A stretch of DNA of 8,523 nt from Spizellomyces punctatus DAOM BR117. Lineage: Eukaryota. The notes below the pieces were generated by a model. The model ran no database searches and was not told the origin of the DNA. It saw only the letters and a program-made list of their open reading frames with translations. Position numbers and translations under genes: made by a program. The stretch lies in the NCBI GenBank assembly GCA_000182565.2, contig KQ257474.1. One strand, written 5' to 3'. Shown one piece after another: positions 7,366 through 8,523 of the stretch (positions within the stretch are counted from its first letter, which is position 1; each line of letters starts with the position of its first letter).

Positions 7366-8070
7366 ATGTCCTATAAACCACGCCCAATCTTTCCCGTAGG
7401 GAAAAAGAAGAGAGATCCTCGTGTTCCACGTGACCTGGCATCACTGCCTCTATGTACAACTCTTGTCGCTCCGAGGAAAAGTGGTAAAAGTGCATTAGTC
7501 TGCGGTCTGATTGAGGATGTCTATGCTAAATTACACGATCGAGTCATTATCATGTCCGACACAGTTGAATACGATGCTTCTGTGAAGGTACTGTCCGAAA
7601 CCACAAAACATAAAAATATCTACTTTACAGACGAGGTTTCCAATGCATCCATCGCTAAAATTGTAGAAGAACAGAAGAAAACGCCTGAGAAGTCACTTCT
7701 ATTATTCATTGACGACGCTGGTGATTCTGCGCAAAGTAAAGAACTCAACAAGGAGTTATCGAAACTCTATACAAAAGGGAGGCATTTCAATATAGGAAAT
7801 ATTGTAGCCATCCAGAGTGTAACCGGACAACTTTCACGTAAAATGAAGAACTGCACCACCGAGTGGGTGGTGTTTAAAAACAATGCAGAAGACATGAAAC
7901 TTTTAGCAAAGTTACTTGCTTCCGCCTACAAAGATGATAAAGAAGTTCTAACATTTCTCACCGAGTGCACCAAAGAACCTTATTCGTTTGCCTACATCAA
8001 TAGAGATGCTAGTGATGCTAAAGGAATGTATCGTTACTGTGACTCCAGCGGGTTTCATGATTACTTTTAG
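7366..8070 (+). CDS. A32-like (FtsK/HerA superfamily) genome-packaging ATPase, 234 aa
   Basis: Walker A APRKSGKS (7468-7491), Walker B LLLFIDD, the A32-family KGRHFNI...AIQ arginine-finger/sensor motif, and C-terminal EPYSFAYIN. Confidence 0.93.
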   Translation: MSYKPRPIFPVGKKKRDPRVPRDLASLPLCTTLVAPRKSGKSALVCGLIEDVYAKLHDRVIIMSDTVEYDASVKVLSETTKHKNIYFTDEVSNASIAKIVEEQKKTPEKSLLLFIDDAGDSAQSKELNKELSKLYTKGRHFNIGNIVAIQSVTGQLSRKMKNCTTEWVVFKNNAEDMKLLAKLLASAYKDDKEVLTFLTECTKEPYSFAYINRDASDAKGMYRYCDSSGFHDYF

Positions 8071-8175
8071 TTGCTGGCATTGGCACTCCGTACCGGGTGC
8101 TCGAAGAGCACCGTTAACGCACGTGGAGCGTGCTTTACCGGCATGTTTTTAAAGCTGATCTTATCGATAAGAGAG

Positions 8176-8523
8176 ATGGATGAAAGAAAGCCTAACTGGA
8201 AAGATATAACACCAGAGGATGAGCGGCGCTTGAAGCAGCTCTACTACAGAGAACATGCTTACATGGGCAGAGATCGTTTGTACGCGCTTTACAAAGCAAA
8301 GTATCCAGAGAGCAATATGTCTCAACGGACACTGTTATCATGGCTAAAAGACCAACCAATTTGGCAATGTTGGTCTCGACCATTGACCAACAAGGGAGGG
8401 ATTCGTCCCATATTGGCAAGTAGTCCAGGGCAACTTCAACTTGACATTTTTTCCATGATAAGTGTACCGTATTTAGGATATAAGTATGTCATAGTTGCAG
8501 TCGATATTTTAACTAAATGTGAA
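8176..8523 (+). CDS. Polinton-type retroviral-like (rve/DDE) integrase, N-terminal 116 aa, truncated by the window edge
   Basis: Manual translation: MDERKPNWKDITPEDERRLKQLYYREHAYMGRDRLYALYKAKYPESNMSQRTLLSWLKDQPIWQCWSRPLTNKGGIRPILASSPGQLQLDIFSMISVPYLGYKYVIVAVDILTKCE. Shows the Polinton integrase N-terminus (L..lYY...G..kLy...wL..Q) and the start of the rve core (QLD, first catalytic Asp; GYKYVIVAVDILTK). Confidence 0.9.
   Translation, partial: MDERKPNWKDITPEDERRLKQLYYREHAYMGRDRLYALYKAKYPESNMSQRTLLSWLKDQPIWQCWSRPLTNKGGIRPILASSPGQLQLDIFSMISVPYLGYKYVIVAVDILTKCE

Larger units (their letters stand above)
1..8523. mobile_element. Segment of a Polinton/Maverick-like virus (PLV-type integrating dsDNA virus); both ends lie outside the window
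   Basis: A32-like ATPase, putative DJR MCP, penton-like protein and Polinton-type rve integrase are clustered with 41-235 bp spacers; NLS-rich proteins point to a eukaryotic host. Confidence 0.88.

Noticed and set aside
7468-7491. Walker A starting with Ala (APRKSGKS) as a sign of an inactive ATPase
   Set aside because: [AG]xxxxGK[ST] is the accepted P-loop consensus; Walker B and GRH motifs are intact.
8192-8419. 75-aa minus-strand ORF from the track
   Set aside because: Antisense to the clearly recognisable integrase frame starting at 8176.
1-8523. CRISPR array, rRNA, terminal inverted repeats, pPolB or maturation protease
   Set aside because: No repeat-spacer periodicity or corresponding motifs seen; both window ends fall inside ORFs, so termini and replication genes lie outside if they exist.

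Overview
This window looks like the morphogenesis-plus-integration module of a eukaryotic Polinton/Maverick-like virus (Preplasmiviricota: PLV/virophage/adintovirus-type), either free or endogenous. Gene order: <- fiber-like ORF (at least 843 aa, runs off the left edge, absent from the ORF track), <- 494-aa Pro-rich multi-NLS protein, 99-aa amphipathic protein ->, long hairpin, <- putative double-jelly-roll major capsid protein (MCP), <- 176-aa charged protein, <- putative penton/minor capsid protein, A32-like packaging ATPase ->, Polinton-type rve integrase -> (runs off the right edge, absent from the ORF track). All eight reading frames are uninterrupted. No pPolB, maturation protease or terminal inverted repeats lie in the window. 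The short intergenic regions carry structure: an 18-bp inverted repeat between convergent genes, hairpin clusters, splice-acceptor-like T-tracts and a recurring RTAAR motif before start codons. Protein calls come from motif recognition by eye, not from database searches.
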